DNA of 64,000 nucleotides from Stylophora pistillata (Eukaryota): NCBI RefSeq assembly GCF_002571385.2, contig NW_019218057.1, positions 199,166 to 263,165 of the forward strand, read 5' to 3'. Shown piece by piece: positions 51,672 to 64,000 of this stretch (position 1 is its first letter; each line of letters starts with the position of its first letter). The notes under the pieces were generated by a model. It saw only the letters and a program-made list of their open reading frames with translations, ran no database searches and was not told where the DNA came from. The position numbers and the translations under genes were made by a program.

Positions 51672-53051
51672 GAAGGGAGACCTTTCCAAATCAGCTTACT
51701 TTGCTCAGCAACACGTAGCTGTCTGTTTAAGGAACTGTTTCCTTTCCTTGCAGTGCGCAGTTGGGGCTGACAAAATATCATCTAGAGAACTATGACGGCT
51801 TTCGCCACTGCAGGCGCATGTCCACCAAAGATGCATGCGCGCTTTGGATGAATTCATGCATCACATCCTCTGTGAATTGGACAAACCGGTTCTAAACTTT
51901 GACAAAAAGCATCATTTCACTTTCGAATGCTGGGCTCATGAAGGTTTGCTCACACAAGCTGCTCCTCTCTTTAATTTTCAAAATGTCTCCACAGCTCTCC
52001 TTTAAAATTTGTTTCTTTTTCGTGGAGTGGGGAGAAGAATTCAAAGTATTTTAAATTCTCTCTCATCGAAAATAGGATGGAGTATAGCTTCGAAGTGATC
52101 ATTTGACCATTTGGTTAGCCAATCTGGATTGATTCTTAAAAAAAAAAAAATGATTCAGTGTGTACGATTAAGTGATATTTAGGGGTATCCCAAAATAAAT
52201 ACTGATGACAAAAATTTAGAAAAGAACAACTTTGAAATTGGCCATGAATGTTTCGGAAAATTTCAAATACATTAAATAAAATATTGAAACTCAAAATGAC
52301 CACCAAGATTTAATTTTTGTTTTCGTTTACGGGCCATCGGAGCGAAAATCATGTACTTTGTTCATTCTTATGCATGACAGGGCAGTTCATTGGGTGAAAA
52401 TGTCTGTCACAAAGGCAAAAGCTCGACTTGCTCAAGTTGCTTCAGATTAATTTTTTTTGTTACTGTGACCATAACAGAAATTTATAACCAACTAAGGAGA
52501 TGTCAAAGAGCAGTAATAACACCTGCAAATTTATTTTTATAGGCGAGGATTACTCAGTTAATAAACCGAACCTCGCGACGCTTAATTAAGATTTCTTTCC
52601 TTCTTTGAAAACGCATAGTAGGTTTGTGGTAAAAAAATAATTCAAGGTATGGAAAAAGAAAACCTACGCAAAGAAAACACAGTATTAATTTTGCGACTAC
52701 AGGTGGTGTATTAATGGAAACAATGACCTGCTTTTAACAATATACTTCACCATTTTCTCACGTGAATCAAACCGTTACGTTTGATTTTTCGCCTTGTGGG
52801 CTGATCATTAAAGACTTTTCATTTATTTGTGTCTGACCGGGCGTGTTGAAAGAGGTCTTTGTGTGCTTGTAAGGGTCAATGACTGATAGCAGGTACAAGA
52901 AAGGGACTTGCAAGGTAGAATGATTGAGTGGCTCTTCTACGTGTTATTTGCAAATTAGTACTGGCACATTCCAGGATGAAGCTCTACTGTTCATAGAGTC
53001 AGTCGCCCTGATGTCTAGAATCTTGTTGCAAAGATCACTCAGGGGGCCAAA

Positions 53052-54869
53052 ATGAGAGAAAAAAATACTAAAACGTCTCTTGTTTTCACTTTATTCCTTC
53101 TCACGAAACTGACTTTTTTACATTTGAGCGACTGCCAGCCCATGGACATTCGAGGCCTATTCGTACGAAAACATGGAAAATTGGAAACCGAGAACTCTCC
53201 GCAACAAGTAAGTGAGGAAAGTCCTTTTTCATTTATCCAGAATCGGTTGTTTGTTTTGAACTAGTTGAGAGGTTATTGAAATGATACAGACCGAACTCGC
53301 TGTTTTAAGTTCCCACTGTGCCGAGACTTTCAAACTGAACGCTGTAGGCGAGATTACCTTCATCCGTAACACGCTTTTTTCGCCTCGAAAGGAACTACCC
53401 ACATAGCAGAGCCTGTATTCTCTTGACACCTCCTATCCTTGAGTTTGAATTTTCCTAGTGCGGCTATACCTTAGAAGTTATCTCGTTCTTCTCCAAAGTG
53501 GCAGAGAAGATCAAGCGACTGAATGGGTTGTTTTCATTTCTTCTGGTTGTTGCAGTGTGCTACTGATAACTTGGAATCAAAGTAACCAGTAAACCTTTTC
53601 AGTCGATTTACAAATCCAATCGATTTACATATGTGATCGATTTCCAAATCTTGATCTACGTATATGGTACTATGAAGTATTTTAAAGACAATAAATGAGA
53701 CCAGTTTTTAAAGCTTGGCATCAAGTTGAAAAGCTTATGCACTGTCTGTGTTCCGCGATGTTTGTTGATGAACACGCTACAATGAACATTTCACTAGGCC
53801 TGTTGCTTATGCATTTCTTAAAACTTGAGAACCCAGCCATCCACACACAAGTTACATGATAATCAGTTTGTGTAGGAGAGGACAAACTTTATCCTTTCTT
53901 GGTTTGCTCCAATGTGAATTTTACAAACTCGAAAAGCACGTGGTATTTGGCTGTGGAGACATTTTCAGCCTCGTTCATTTATTTATTGTTTTCATTCTTT
54001 TTCGTTGTTGTTATGTGGTAAAACGTAGGGGAACCAATAGTTTTAGATTTAAAAAAAAAAAAAAAAACACTGCAAAAGAGGAATTTATGGTACAGCAAGT
54101 TTGCAAGGGCTGAGCTTGTAAGTTATTGTTAAATATTGATAATAAATATGATTCGATGTCCTATTTTCCTTGTTTACAGCAGGTAAGGCTATTTCAAGAA
54201 GAATTAGGGTACGTCTCACTTTTACATGCATCTCACGAAACCAAACGCAGAAAGGAGAGAAATGCCCCACACACGCGCTATCTCCATAAAAGAGGGAGCA
54301 ATGTTCACAGTGGGGTCAGGGCTGAAATTGCACGAGCTCTTGCACATCACATCGAAGGCATGGAACCTAACTTTAAATCGGCGACCTTCCAGCAACTTTG
54401 GAGTGAACTGAAGGAGCCACTTACTGTTGTAATGAGACCGGGAAAAATAGAGGACCTTTTAACAGAGCTACAGAAATGTAACTTGGGAAACACCCCTCAT
54501 GGATATGAAATTCCATCAGATTTGGATGGTATTAAAAGAGACTTGGTTATTTGCAAAATCTATGAAACGTTAGAGAAGAATGAAGAAACTTCTTCTGCTG
54601 AAAAGTCTAAACACAATAAGGGTGACTACGCCAGTATTTGGAGTCTCCTCAAGCAGCCACTGACCAGTTGTTTTAAGGTCGCAGAGCTGTCGTCGTTAAT
54701 GAATGAGTTGGCGCAGTGTTTACCGCGGTTTGAGTTGGCGGGAATCAAGTACCAGGTCCCAAGTAAGATGTCTGAGGTGAAAAGAGATGTGATCATTTGT
54801 AAAGTTGATGAATTGTTTAACAAACCCCATGTTGACGATGATTCAACAGGAAGTGGAACGGAGGTTTAA
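53052..54869 (+). CDS. Unrecognised secreted preproprotein (~281 aa) with two tandem ~80-aa domains; exons 53052-53207 and 54180-54869
   Basis: Signal-peptide-like N-terminus, phase-0 GTAAGT donor, polypyrimidine-CAG acceptor in frame with a 230-codon ORF, dibasic sites, internal protein-level repeat. Confidence 0.8.
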
Positions 54870-55982
54870 TTCAATCATCACTCGAAGAGTGAAAGATGCA
54901 ATTTCACGCTTTAAAAACATCGAAAAATACTTGGTGGACCTACGGGTCACAGCTGCACTGGATACTTTTCCTCACAGCTGTAAGTTATAACCCTGAATTA
55001 CTGAAAAATCGACAATCAAACTAATTTCAACCAAATGGCAGGGAAAAAACCCACGCTTTAACAGCCAATATTTAGGACAATTTTACGAAATGTTCCCACA
55101 AGCACCTAGTTCGGGTACAGTGCAGAAGATTGACAGGTAATTTACTGATGAAGAAGTGTCGGTCTCTGTAAGACCGCGTATCACGAATTATTTTATTGAC
55201 TGATCAGTTCATCCATCCGTCCATCATCTTTCCATCATCCACTCATGAATCATGATAAAATCCCTCCTTTCATGCATACACGCATTAACTAAGTCATGGC
55301 GCACGCATACATGCATGCATGGTATGCCTGTAGGCACTCAAAGCGAGGGACTCAGTCAAGGAACAAAATGCTCTTGAAAAAAAAAATCTCTGCGCGCTTC
55401 TCGAGTATTGATACTGACACAGTGCCCAGTGAACGTTTAAAAATGATTGCGAAGAGTTGATTTCTAAAACTATCTCGACAGTGATTCAAATGTAAGGCCC
55501 CTGTATTTCATTTCAAAGTCGAAAATGACGAAACCGCTATATACGTGTAGTGTATTGATATAATTTTGATTATAAAATAAGGGGGTCGATCGAGGAGATA
55601 AGTGCATAATGAAACTATTATTTCAAAAAAAAAAAAAAAAAAAAATCTGAAAAATTTGAATGTAGTAACAGCTATATTCTATCATAAGGAAATCAAATTT
55701 TTTTAGTTGTAATTTTCCAATAAAATTAACAAAAAAAATGAACTTTGTCATTTCCTTGACCACTTCACTGTCATTGAGAAACCAGTACCCTATGACACAT
55801 TCGATCTGAGCTTTTCATTCGAGTTCGTAATAAATAGATAAAGAGTAATGTGATGTGTTCGGGTGGTTTACCGATCAAAACAAATTCTTTCATTTTCTTT
55901 TATGTCATGCAATATCCCACGAGGCACTTGGGTACAACTTTGGATCGCCGTTTAGACATCGAAATTACAACAGTTTTTCTGT

Positions 55983-56118
55983 ATAGCGGTTTTGCACAGC
56001 AGCCATGTTGGATGGCAAGAACAATAGATTATTTTTCACATGGGAAAAAATTTCTTTCTTATGCAAAATATTTTAATTGTTTCTGCCATCCAACATGGCT
56101 GCGGTGCAAAACTTCTAT
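55983..56118. mobile_element. Small MITE
   Basis: ATAGCGGTTTTGCACAGCAGCCATGTTGGATGGCA...TGCCATCCAACATGGCTGCGGTGCAAAACTTCTAT. Confidence 0.7.
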
Positions 56119-57014
56119 TCTGGTAACCAGTATTTTTTTTTTTTTTTATCTATTTTGAGCGATATCGCGAGATCCACTTTAATGCAGTGTTAACGTATTG
56201 CTTCTCCCAGGCTTTACACGGTTATTAGTTGACTAATACCATATTCCTCGTTGCTACCTCAGAAATCAAACGGTGCTAACTATCTCGATTTGAGTAGGGA
56301 TAATACCTCTACAGACGTTCATCTATTTCATCTTTGGGTCCTAATCACCGAATATTAGGCTCTATTATTATTAGGTGTAGCGAGTGACTTTAGTCTATTT
56401 ATTTAGTCTATGCATGCTATACGAGCCTATGAGCCACATTTCAATGCGTTTAAGGGAAACAAAACCAAAATTGGCGAAATCTGCGCTGTGAAAGTATTGA
56501 TTAATCCTAACCCAGGAGAACAGTGGCGCCTGTCTGAGGATCAGTTCGAACGCAGAAACTGAACCAACAAGGCAAGTTTCAATTTCTTTATGTGGTCTGA
56601 GGCAATGTCTCGAAAAAAACTTTCTCAGATAAATTTGAACTGTCTCATCAACCAACCCTCAAGAGGGGAATTCATAGATAATGAAAATCAAAACTAGAAT
56701 ATTAAACAAATATTATGTGATGAGCATGTTGCGGATTTTTTACTCATAAAGTTAATACATGAAAATATTTTTCAAAGGAAAATGGCGAAACTGAAGTGCT
56801 GTTAGATTAGCAAAGCAATTCCGTTTGGTGGTCGGGAAAAATTCATATTGATGTTTGCTAATCTGATCAGTTTTCATTTCACTTTAGAGCTTCATTGAAC
56901 TTTGGTATCGCTTCGGCTGTTTACAAAAGCAGTCGCCCACTCATTTTGTTCAACATAACCCAACCACACAAAACAGACTTGTACTTCAGTCAAAAGAACA
57001 TCGATCAATGTGCC

Positions 57015-58974
57015 ATGGTCTCTTGTCGCATGTTAGTGACTTCAAGATGGGGATTTTTTCTTCAAATTGACCAGCAAAGAAGTGTGCGGGGAGTAAGAGA
57101 AAAGGACGATGATTGCGGTGAGACGACTGAAAAGTGTTTGCAGTTTAAGAAGTTTTTATCAGTGTACCAATACTTTGACATGCATTTTTTTTAGATTCGA
57201 CATCTTTCACCTATAAAAGAACCCTTCCATGAAATGAATACTTTTTCCTTCCTAGTTTTTGAAATGAAAACGACAGATTTTGCCAAAGTCACCATTCGCG
57301 GAGTTCAATCCAACATTTACGTCGCAATGAATGACCAAGGAAATTTATACACAACGGTGAGTTCTCAGCTACAGAAATAAATCAGTTAAAATCTTTCAGT
57401 TTTGAAAAAAACACGAAAAAGTGCTTCACGGTTTACAGAAGATATATAGTCCTGTAAGTCCAAATTATAATCTTGGGAAGCGAAAGTAATCCAAGTGAAA
57501 GAGTCATACAACTGAGATTGTTTTGGGAAACCTTCCAGACATTTTATGAAAAACTTTATGATATTTAAGCATTTGTCTATAACACTTTAAGTGTTGTTAA
57601 AATATCGGCATGACTAGATAAATATAACTAAGTTAAGGAATTAATCCGTCACGATGAAATTAGACCTCCTGGGCATACACCCAATTAAACGCAACAGTTC
57701 GTCAACAATTTACTTTGCACATGATTTTTTGAGATTGTAATCTGTCAGTTAGAGTTGTTATCTCTCCAAATTGTCCATCACCAGAAATTAGAAAGATGTC
57801 CTTTATCCATGAAAAAAAGAAAAAAAAAAGGCCAGATTAGCATTCTCTTAATAACAGTGTAAACATCTTAACGGTCCAAAGGGCGTAAGATATTACTTTG
57901 GCAGGCATTGTGGCGCATTTTACTAAAGTGAAGAATTTGGCGGGTATTTTAGCCTGCTGGCACACTCACATGATTTTTCAGACTGTTTTGTAGATATAAT
58001 TTGGATATATTGAAATACAAAATTGAAATGGTAAATTGACCACCGTAACGATTACAAAAGCTGACGTTTCGAGCGTTAGCCCTTCGTTTTCGCTCCGACG
58101 AAGGGCTAACGCTCGAAACGTCAGCTTTTGTAATCGTTACGGTGGTCAATTTACCATTTCAACTTTGTTTATATATCCAAATTATTTCGTTACTCCCACC
58201 GACGCAGCCCCAAACAGTTTCTTTCGAAACTATCAGCCTTTATTCATATGTTTTGTAGATATTTTTTCGTTTTTTTTTTTTCAGTACCTTCCGAGGGTGA
58301 TAATTTTAGAGTAATTTTAACCCTCACCTGGCGGCTCGAGCTAAATTGACTGAGTCGGGCCCAAAACATTAATACGCCCGCATGTTTTATTATTGCTGAT
58401 GGTAATACGAAAACGCTGATATCATTCTAGTTCCGCTTTATCACTTCTGTGTGCATATAAAATGAGATCACTTACCTGATCACATCTACATTCTGCTCCA
58501 GTAACTAGGATATTTGGAAACAAAAGGAAGATTTATCAGATGATTGTCGAAGTTATTAGCTACTCTTTAAATTCGAGATAAGATAAAGTCATGTTTATAT
58601 GTGTGTATGTCGGTTACAGTATACTTTTCTTTTTTTTAAATTTATTTTGTTAGCGGAGTGGCAAAATTATTAATTATCAAGTTCTCTTTTGGGGAAGTCA
58701 GTCGGTGTTTTCATGAGTTCAGTTTGTTACAATTTGCATTTCCTAAACAATGCCATGTTCATGTGATATTATTTTCCAGGACACTCAGAACCCCTCCTGT
58801 GTATGGAAGGAAATTCACCATACTGATGGTTACAACTACTACGAGTCCGATCAACACAACGGATTTTTTCTGGCGCTTAAACGGAGAGGTGATCCAAAAA
58901 ATGGCCGAAGCACTGCTCTGGGACAAGTATCCTGCGCTTTTCTTGTAACTACCATAACGCACGAAGCAACATGA
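57015..58974 (+). CDS. Fibroblast growth factor, FGF1/2-like, no signal peptide (~132 aa); exons 57015-57117, 57256-57356, 58780-58974
   Basis: GFFLQID...V.G; VTIRGVQSNIYVAMNDQGNLY; CVWKE...GYNYYES...FLALKRRG; phase-1/phase-0 introns at the classic FGF core positions. Confidence 0.88.
57998..58248 (+). mobile_element. Penelope-type fold-back insert with hammerhead-like motif in FGF intron 2
   Basis: Inverted arms; CCGACGAAGGGCTAACGCTCGAAACGTC at 58095-58122; 14-bp TSD TGTTTTGTAGATAT at 57984-57997 and 58249-58262. Confidence 0.75.
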
Positions 58975-60420
58975 GCTCCTTATGAAAAAGAAAGAGGTTT
59001 AATTTAGCATGGTGTAATAGTACACTTGTAAGCCACTGGCGTCTGCTAGATGCATCCGGATGAAACTAAAAGGAAATATAATCCACATATTCATAAGATA
59101 TTAATGGTTGTTCTTACAATAAATGTTGCGGAAGTAGGATGTATGGCAGTTTCTTACCTTTTTTTCTTTTTTTCGCTTTCAGTTTGAAAAAGTACACCTC
59201 AACCAACAAATTTTGAAAATAATAGGCAACCTCAGACTTGCACCGTCTCTGTCTAACCTGATCAATGACTCTAAAGAGACCGGGTGAGGCGTCCACTTCC
59301 CAATTTTCAGATAAGAATGCCCTGCACTTACAATAGTTTGTTTGGCTACGTGACGCCAAAAGAATCAGCTGGTTTGCGCGTGTGTGTGCATCCGGGTCGA
59401 CATATCATTTCACCAGTTGGTTTTTGAAGAGGGAGAAAGGCGAGAGAACCCGTGCAAAAGCGCACGGAACAAGGACCGTGACAAAAACCAGCGAAAAATT
59501 CAATCAACATGCGACGAATATCGTGAATAAAGTGAAATCACGTTCATGTTTGCTTACGAAAAAATTTACCAACTAACAATCCGCTAACGAAGCACAACCG
59601 CAATATTTTAAGTAAATTTCTTAACACAGCTTTCAATGCATCTTTAATTGGTAAGGTTGATCACAGACAATTTTTGACATCGAGGAAAATTAAAAAAGAG
59701 TTGAAACTAAACTATTAAAACTTGTGACAATTTTTTTCACATAATGGTTTATAATCAAATGCTAACTTGATGAAATTTCGTAATCTTTCCATTTAAATTC
59801 TCAAAAATCTCGTAAAACGTTTGATCAGGAGAAAATACTATCTCTATTTCATAAATGTTCGCAGATACCAGCTGGTCTCACACTTACTGTGTGCACTCTG
59901 ACTCTTGAAAATTAAACGATTTCAAATTTAAATAGTATTTTATTTCCAATCTCACCTATTTGTGGAGAAAAGAAAACATTAGTAAACCTTTGGTCTCCGG
60001 CCTTTCGAATATAATTCAATAAGGTTAGAAGGTTTGATGCCACGACCGAAGATTTGATTGCGCTTAAGGTCGCCACTCGTGGTGGAGAAATGTATATTGT
60101 TATATCTCTTACTAGGGTTCTGGCTCCGTGAAATTTATGTTCTCTGTAACTATCGTGACCTGCCCATGGCTCTGGGCAGAATATTCTGTTCCTCTTTTAA
60201 ACATAGACATCTATCGACCCACATCTTAACAGAAACTGAACATCCGGGTTCCAAGCGTTATCCCACTGTAGGACGAGCCCACTAACGCTATCGATCAAAG
60301 GCTCAATTCAGGATAGAAATCTACTGAAGCTGTGTCGTTTAAAAATTTAGCCATTTTATGAGCTACAACCTCAGACGGATGGTAACAATGATTTTTCTCA
60401 TACTCTCGTGGCCAGCCGCG

Positions 60421-63400
60421 TTATACATTGTACAGAAGGTTTGGTTTCTTGTCGAATGGTTCCACCCAATGAAAATACTCCAACCAATTCTTGAGAAATC
60501 CTCTATCGAAAGGATTCAAAAAGATTCCAGATGGTCCTCTCAGATACGCGTATCTCTTCTTGTTGATTCTTTCGTTTGTAGTGAGGTTGATTGAAATTTG
60601 GCTCATCTGTTCAGGAGAAAAGAAAACAAAACAAAAAAAAGAAAAAGAAAAAAAACTTTTTACCAGTACGAATAACGCTAGATGCTAATAAAAACTTCCG
60701 TGAAATAATCCGAATTGTGATATCGTAAGTATAAACTTGATGGCGAGGTCAGATGACGCCGGAAGAGACGGCGCGATACCCTCCTGCAAATTTCGCNNNN
60801 NNNNNNNNNNNNNNNNNNNNNNNNNNNNNNNNNNNNNNNNNNNNNNNNNNNNNNNNNNNNNNNNNNNNNNNNNNNNNNNNNNNNNNNNNNNNNNNNNNNN
60901 NNNNNNNNNNNNNNNNNNNNNNNNNNNNNNNNNNNNNNNNNNNNNNNNNNNNNNNNNNNNNNNNNNNNNNNNNNNNNNNNNNNNNNNNNNNNNNNNNNNN
61001 NNNNNNNNNNNNNNNNNNNNNNNNNNNNNNNNNNNNNNNNNNNNNNNNNNNNNNNNNNNNNNNNNNNNNNNNNNNNNNNNNNNNNNNNNNNNNNNNNNNN
61101 NNNNNNNNNNNNNNNNNNNNNNNNNNNNNNNNNNNNNNNNNNNNNNNNNNNNNNNNNNNNNNNNNNNNNNNNNNNNNNNNNNNNNNNNNNNNNNNNNNNN
61201 NNNNNNNNNNNNNNNNNNNNNNNNNNNNNNNNNNNNNNNNNNNNNNNNNNNNNNNNNNNNNNNNNNNNNNNNNNNNNNNNNNNNNNNNNNNNNNNNNNNN
61301 NNNNNNNNNNNNNNNNNNNNNNNNNNNNNNNNNNNNNNNNNNNNNNNNNNNNNNNNNNNNNNNNNNNNNNNNNNNNNNNNNNNNNNNNNNNNNNNNNNNN
61401 NNNNNNNNNNNNNNNNNNNNNNNNNNNNNNNNNNNNNNNNNNNNNNNNNNNNNNNNNNNNNNNNNNNNNNNNNNNNNNNNNNNNNNNNNNNNNNNNNNNN
61501 NNNNNNNNNNNNNNNNNNNNNNNNNNNNNNNNNNNNNNNNNNNNNNNNNNNNNNNNNNNNNNNNNNNNNNNNNNNNNNNNNNNNNNNNNNNNNNNNNNNN
61601 NNNNNNNNNNNNNNNNNNNNNNNNNNNNNNNNNNNNNNNNGCGAAGTACACGGTGATGAAACTACACCAAGCCACACATGATACAAACATGAAGAACGGA
61701 CCCCTGAAAAGAAACATGCTCCAGGGTTCACATACTACACCAAGCAACACATGATACAAAGATCAAGAACGGACCCCTGAAAATAAACATTGTCACAAAA
61801 CTGCTCCTGGGTTCAGATATTGCCTCAATTATACGTTAAGCACCATATCCGATATATATCAGGAGCGTTGTTCGACGGTCGATAGCGCTAACCCAGGGAT
61901 AAATTTGAATCCAGGTTTCATCATTCCTCTTTTCTAAAGCATTTTTGGGAAAATTTTCTCGTTTCTTTTTAGAACATCTAATCATCAAATTGTAGACAAA
62001 GGGTTTTAAACTGAATTTTCTTAAATTTTCTTTAAACTGAATTTTTCTTTTAATGCTTCAGATATGAAATGTAATATCACATTAACCTTGGGTTACCTTA
62101 ACCCAGCCCAGGTCTTTAATTTGAAATACATATTCGACGGACAGCCACATCTAAACTAAAAGGAGGCAAAAAATTTGATCCAAAATAAGAAAATGTTCCT
62201 AAGCGCTTGTTTCCGTTTTGTATCCATTCAAAGGGCACCTGTAACTAGGGGACACCTAAAGAGGCTGTGAAGGTGCCCCTCATATGATAATTCATCATAT
62301 TTCCCTAAGTGAACAGTAAGAGGTAAGCTCTCATCGCAGGACAAACTACATCATAGAATGCCAGTGGTTTTCATGGCTAATTGTCCAATTCTTTCTCTAA
62401 GGTTTCACTGAACCCTTCAACGTTTTATAATTTTTTATTTGTAATCCTGAGTTTTTCCTGTTTCATTTGGTGGTTTGTTTATATTTTCTGGTCAAGGAAC
62501 CCTTGCAAGAAAATTCATATTGATACTGGGAATGAGTCACAAGAACACACAAAAAAGTGTAATGAAGTGGTAATAACCATGTTATTTACCTGTTATTGAG
62601 GCCAACACAGTTATTGATATAAGGACAGTGATGATCAAAATGCTTGACACAGCGGTTACATATCCTACAATGCTTTGCACGCAATGGTCGCACCAGCCTA
62701 CAAGTGTGACAAAGGTTTTCCAGAGGGTTTTGTCCTGTCTTAACTTCCCATTCTTCATAGAACGGCACCTAAAATGACAAAAAAAAAAACACCTTAGAGA
62801 ACTGCGAAGGAGGTTGCCATTTTGATTACACAAAACTCACGTCCTACAAACATGCCATGACATCCTCACCTGTTTTAAGGCCATGTCATAATCTGGACTA
62901 TGGCAGGGGAGGAACCCTGGATCTCGTGAATTAGCGTAATACAAAGCCCACCACATCATAATGTTTAGAAAAATAAACAAATAATGAGCCCATGGTGTGA
63001 TATCCCATGAAACTGGAACAACCTGCAGGCAAACAGAAGTATCAATAATGGACACGTGCCAAGTTCTACTTTAGTCAGGGCTGATTCTAGCTTCAATATC
63101 ATAATGAAAGTAGAAATATTGTAATATTGTAATCCCCAGGGTATAAGCTGCTAATCAATTGCAGGTCCCTCCCCCCCTCCTTTAAGTCTCCCAGAGGTGA
63201 TGAACCTGTAATTTCTCCCTGTAAAATCCATACATCGTCTAGCAAACAGGTAGTGAGATTACTCAAACTTATCAGATCAAACACCAGGTTCTCCTAAATA
63301 CTATTTAAGGAAATGTGTAGCAGTTAAAGGAGAGAATTAACAATCAGTTCTTGAGAGTTTAAGGGTTCTGATAACATAATTTCCCTGCACAGGGTTTTTA

Positions 63401-63754
63401 CTAGGACCACTTCACCACCTCCCGGTTAGCTCAAAGGATAGAGCGCTGGACTGTTGTGCGGGAGGTCGAGGGTTCAAGCCCTAGCTGGACCAACACTCAG
63501 GATCTTAAAATAATTGAGAAGAATGCGCTACCTTTCTATAACATCAAGAAATGGTTAGGGTGTNNNNNNNNNNNNNNNNNNNNNNACAATGCCTCCCATA
63601 CAGAAAAATGGGTATAGAACAATGTCTTTGTTTCATCAGCTTTCACGATCTACTCACATAAAAGAAATAAACAGGATAACCCCAAAGAAACAGATTTCCC
63701 AGGTAAAATAACAATGGTCCTTTTGATCTCCCAGGTGGGCCAAACACAATGTCT
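60421..63754 (-). CDS. DHHC palmitoyltransferase, ZDHHC13/17-Patsas-like, 3' part; exons 63754-63658, 63022-62870, 62768-62590, 61703-gap, 60606-60421
   Basis: [50 protein letters not shown] motifs; 5' exons outside the window and some exon sequence in the N gap. Confidence 0.9.
60797..61640. other. Assembly gap (N run); second short gap at about 63564-63586
   Basis: Run of n characters. Confidence 1.
63414..63563 (+). mobile_element. tRNA-derived SINE 5' part, cut by gap
   Basis: Matches 16-160. Confidence 0.8.
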
Positions 63755-63843
63755 CTGAAATAAAATCAAATTAGGGTTAAAATCAAATTAACTTAAAAGT
63801 AACAAATTATTTGGCAACAAACATAATGACAATAAAATGACCA

Positions 63844-64000
63844 GCTCCTAGTTGGGTTGTTGGCTTAGCTTGTACAGCATTGCACCAGTTTCCCAAAGGT
63901 CATGGGCTCAACTCTTATACAGGAATTTTTTTCAGGCCTTATTTTCACTACTGTTCATAATAAGTCGTGTTCATTACTGTGACGATCACTCTTACATTCA
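63844..64000 (+). mobile_element. Degenerate tRNA-derived SINE related to 43971-44271
   Basis: Decayed tRNA head followed by GAATTTTTTTCAGG...CTGTGACGATC. Confidence 0.5.

Noticed and set aside
1887-58974. Ancient synteny with the human PAX2-TM9SF3-FGF8 region
   Set aside because: PaxC is not a clear PAX2 orthologue and this FGF is not FGF8-like; cannot be supported from the window
60685-61759. 300+ aa ORFs in the ORF track
   Set aside because: Artefacts of the N gap

Overview
AT-rich, intron-rich animal genomic DNA, most likely an anthozoan (stony coral), judging from the PaxC gene, the cnidarian ficolin-like gene architecture and the repeat families. Genes in order: PaxC (paired + S50 homeodomain, first exon not located), PAK1IP1 (WD40), TM9SF3, a complete villin/advillin, a disabled TM-collagen-3xIg-fibrinogen-like gene (minus strand), an intronless PPP1R27-like RVxF-ankyrin gene, an unrecognised two-exon secreted preproprotein with a duplicated ~80-aa Cys-containing domain, a leaderless FGF, and the 3' part of an ankyrin-type DHHC palmitoyltransferase (minus strand, broken by an N gap). 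Introns and intergenic DNA hold Nin/Deu-like tRNA-SINEs, Penelope-type fold-back inserts with hammerhead-like motifs and TSDs, an RTE LINE fragment and several MITEs. Most notable: (i) the orphan secreted two-domain precursor; (ii) ten tandem copies of a PAK1IP1 splice acceptor where only the last continues into the coding exon, with a second duplicated acceptor in the DHHC gene; (iii) fold-back retro-insertions whose geometry is shared by hammerhead-bearing and tRNA-derived elements. Exon coordinates were read by eye from GT-AG sites and are not transcript-verified.
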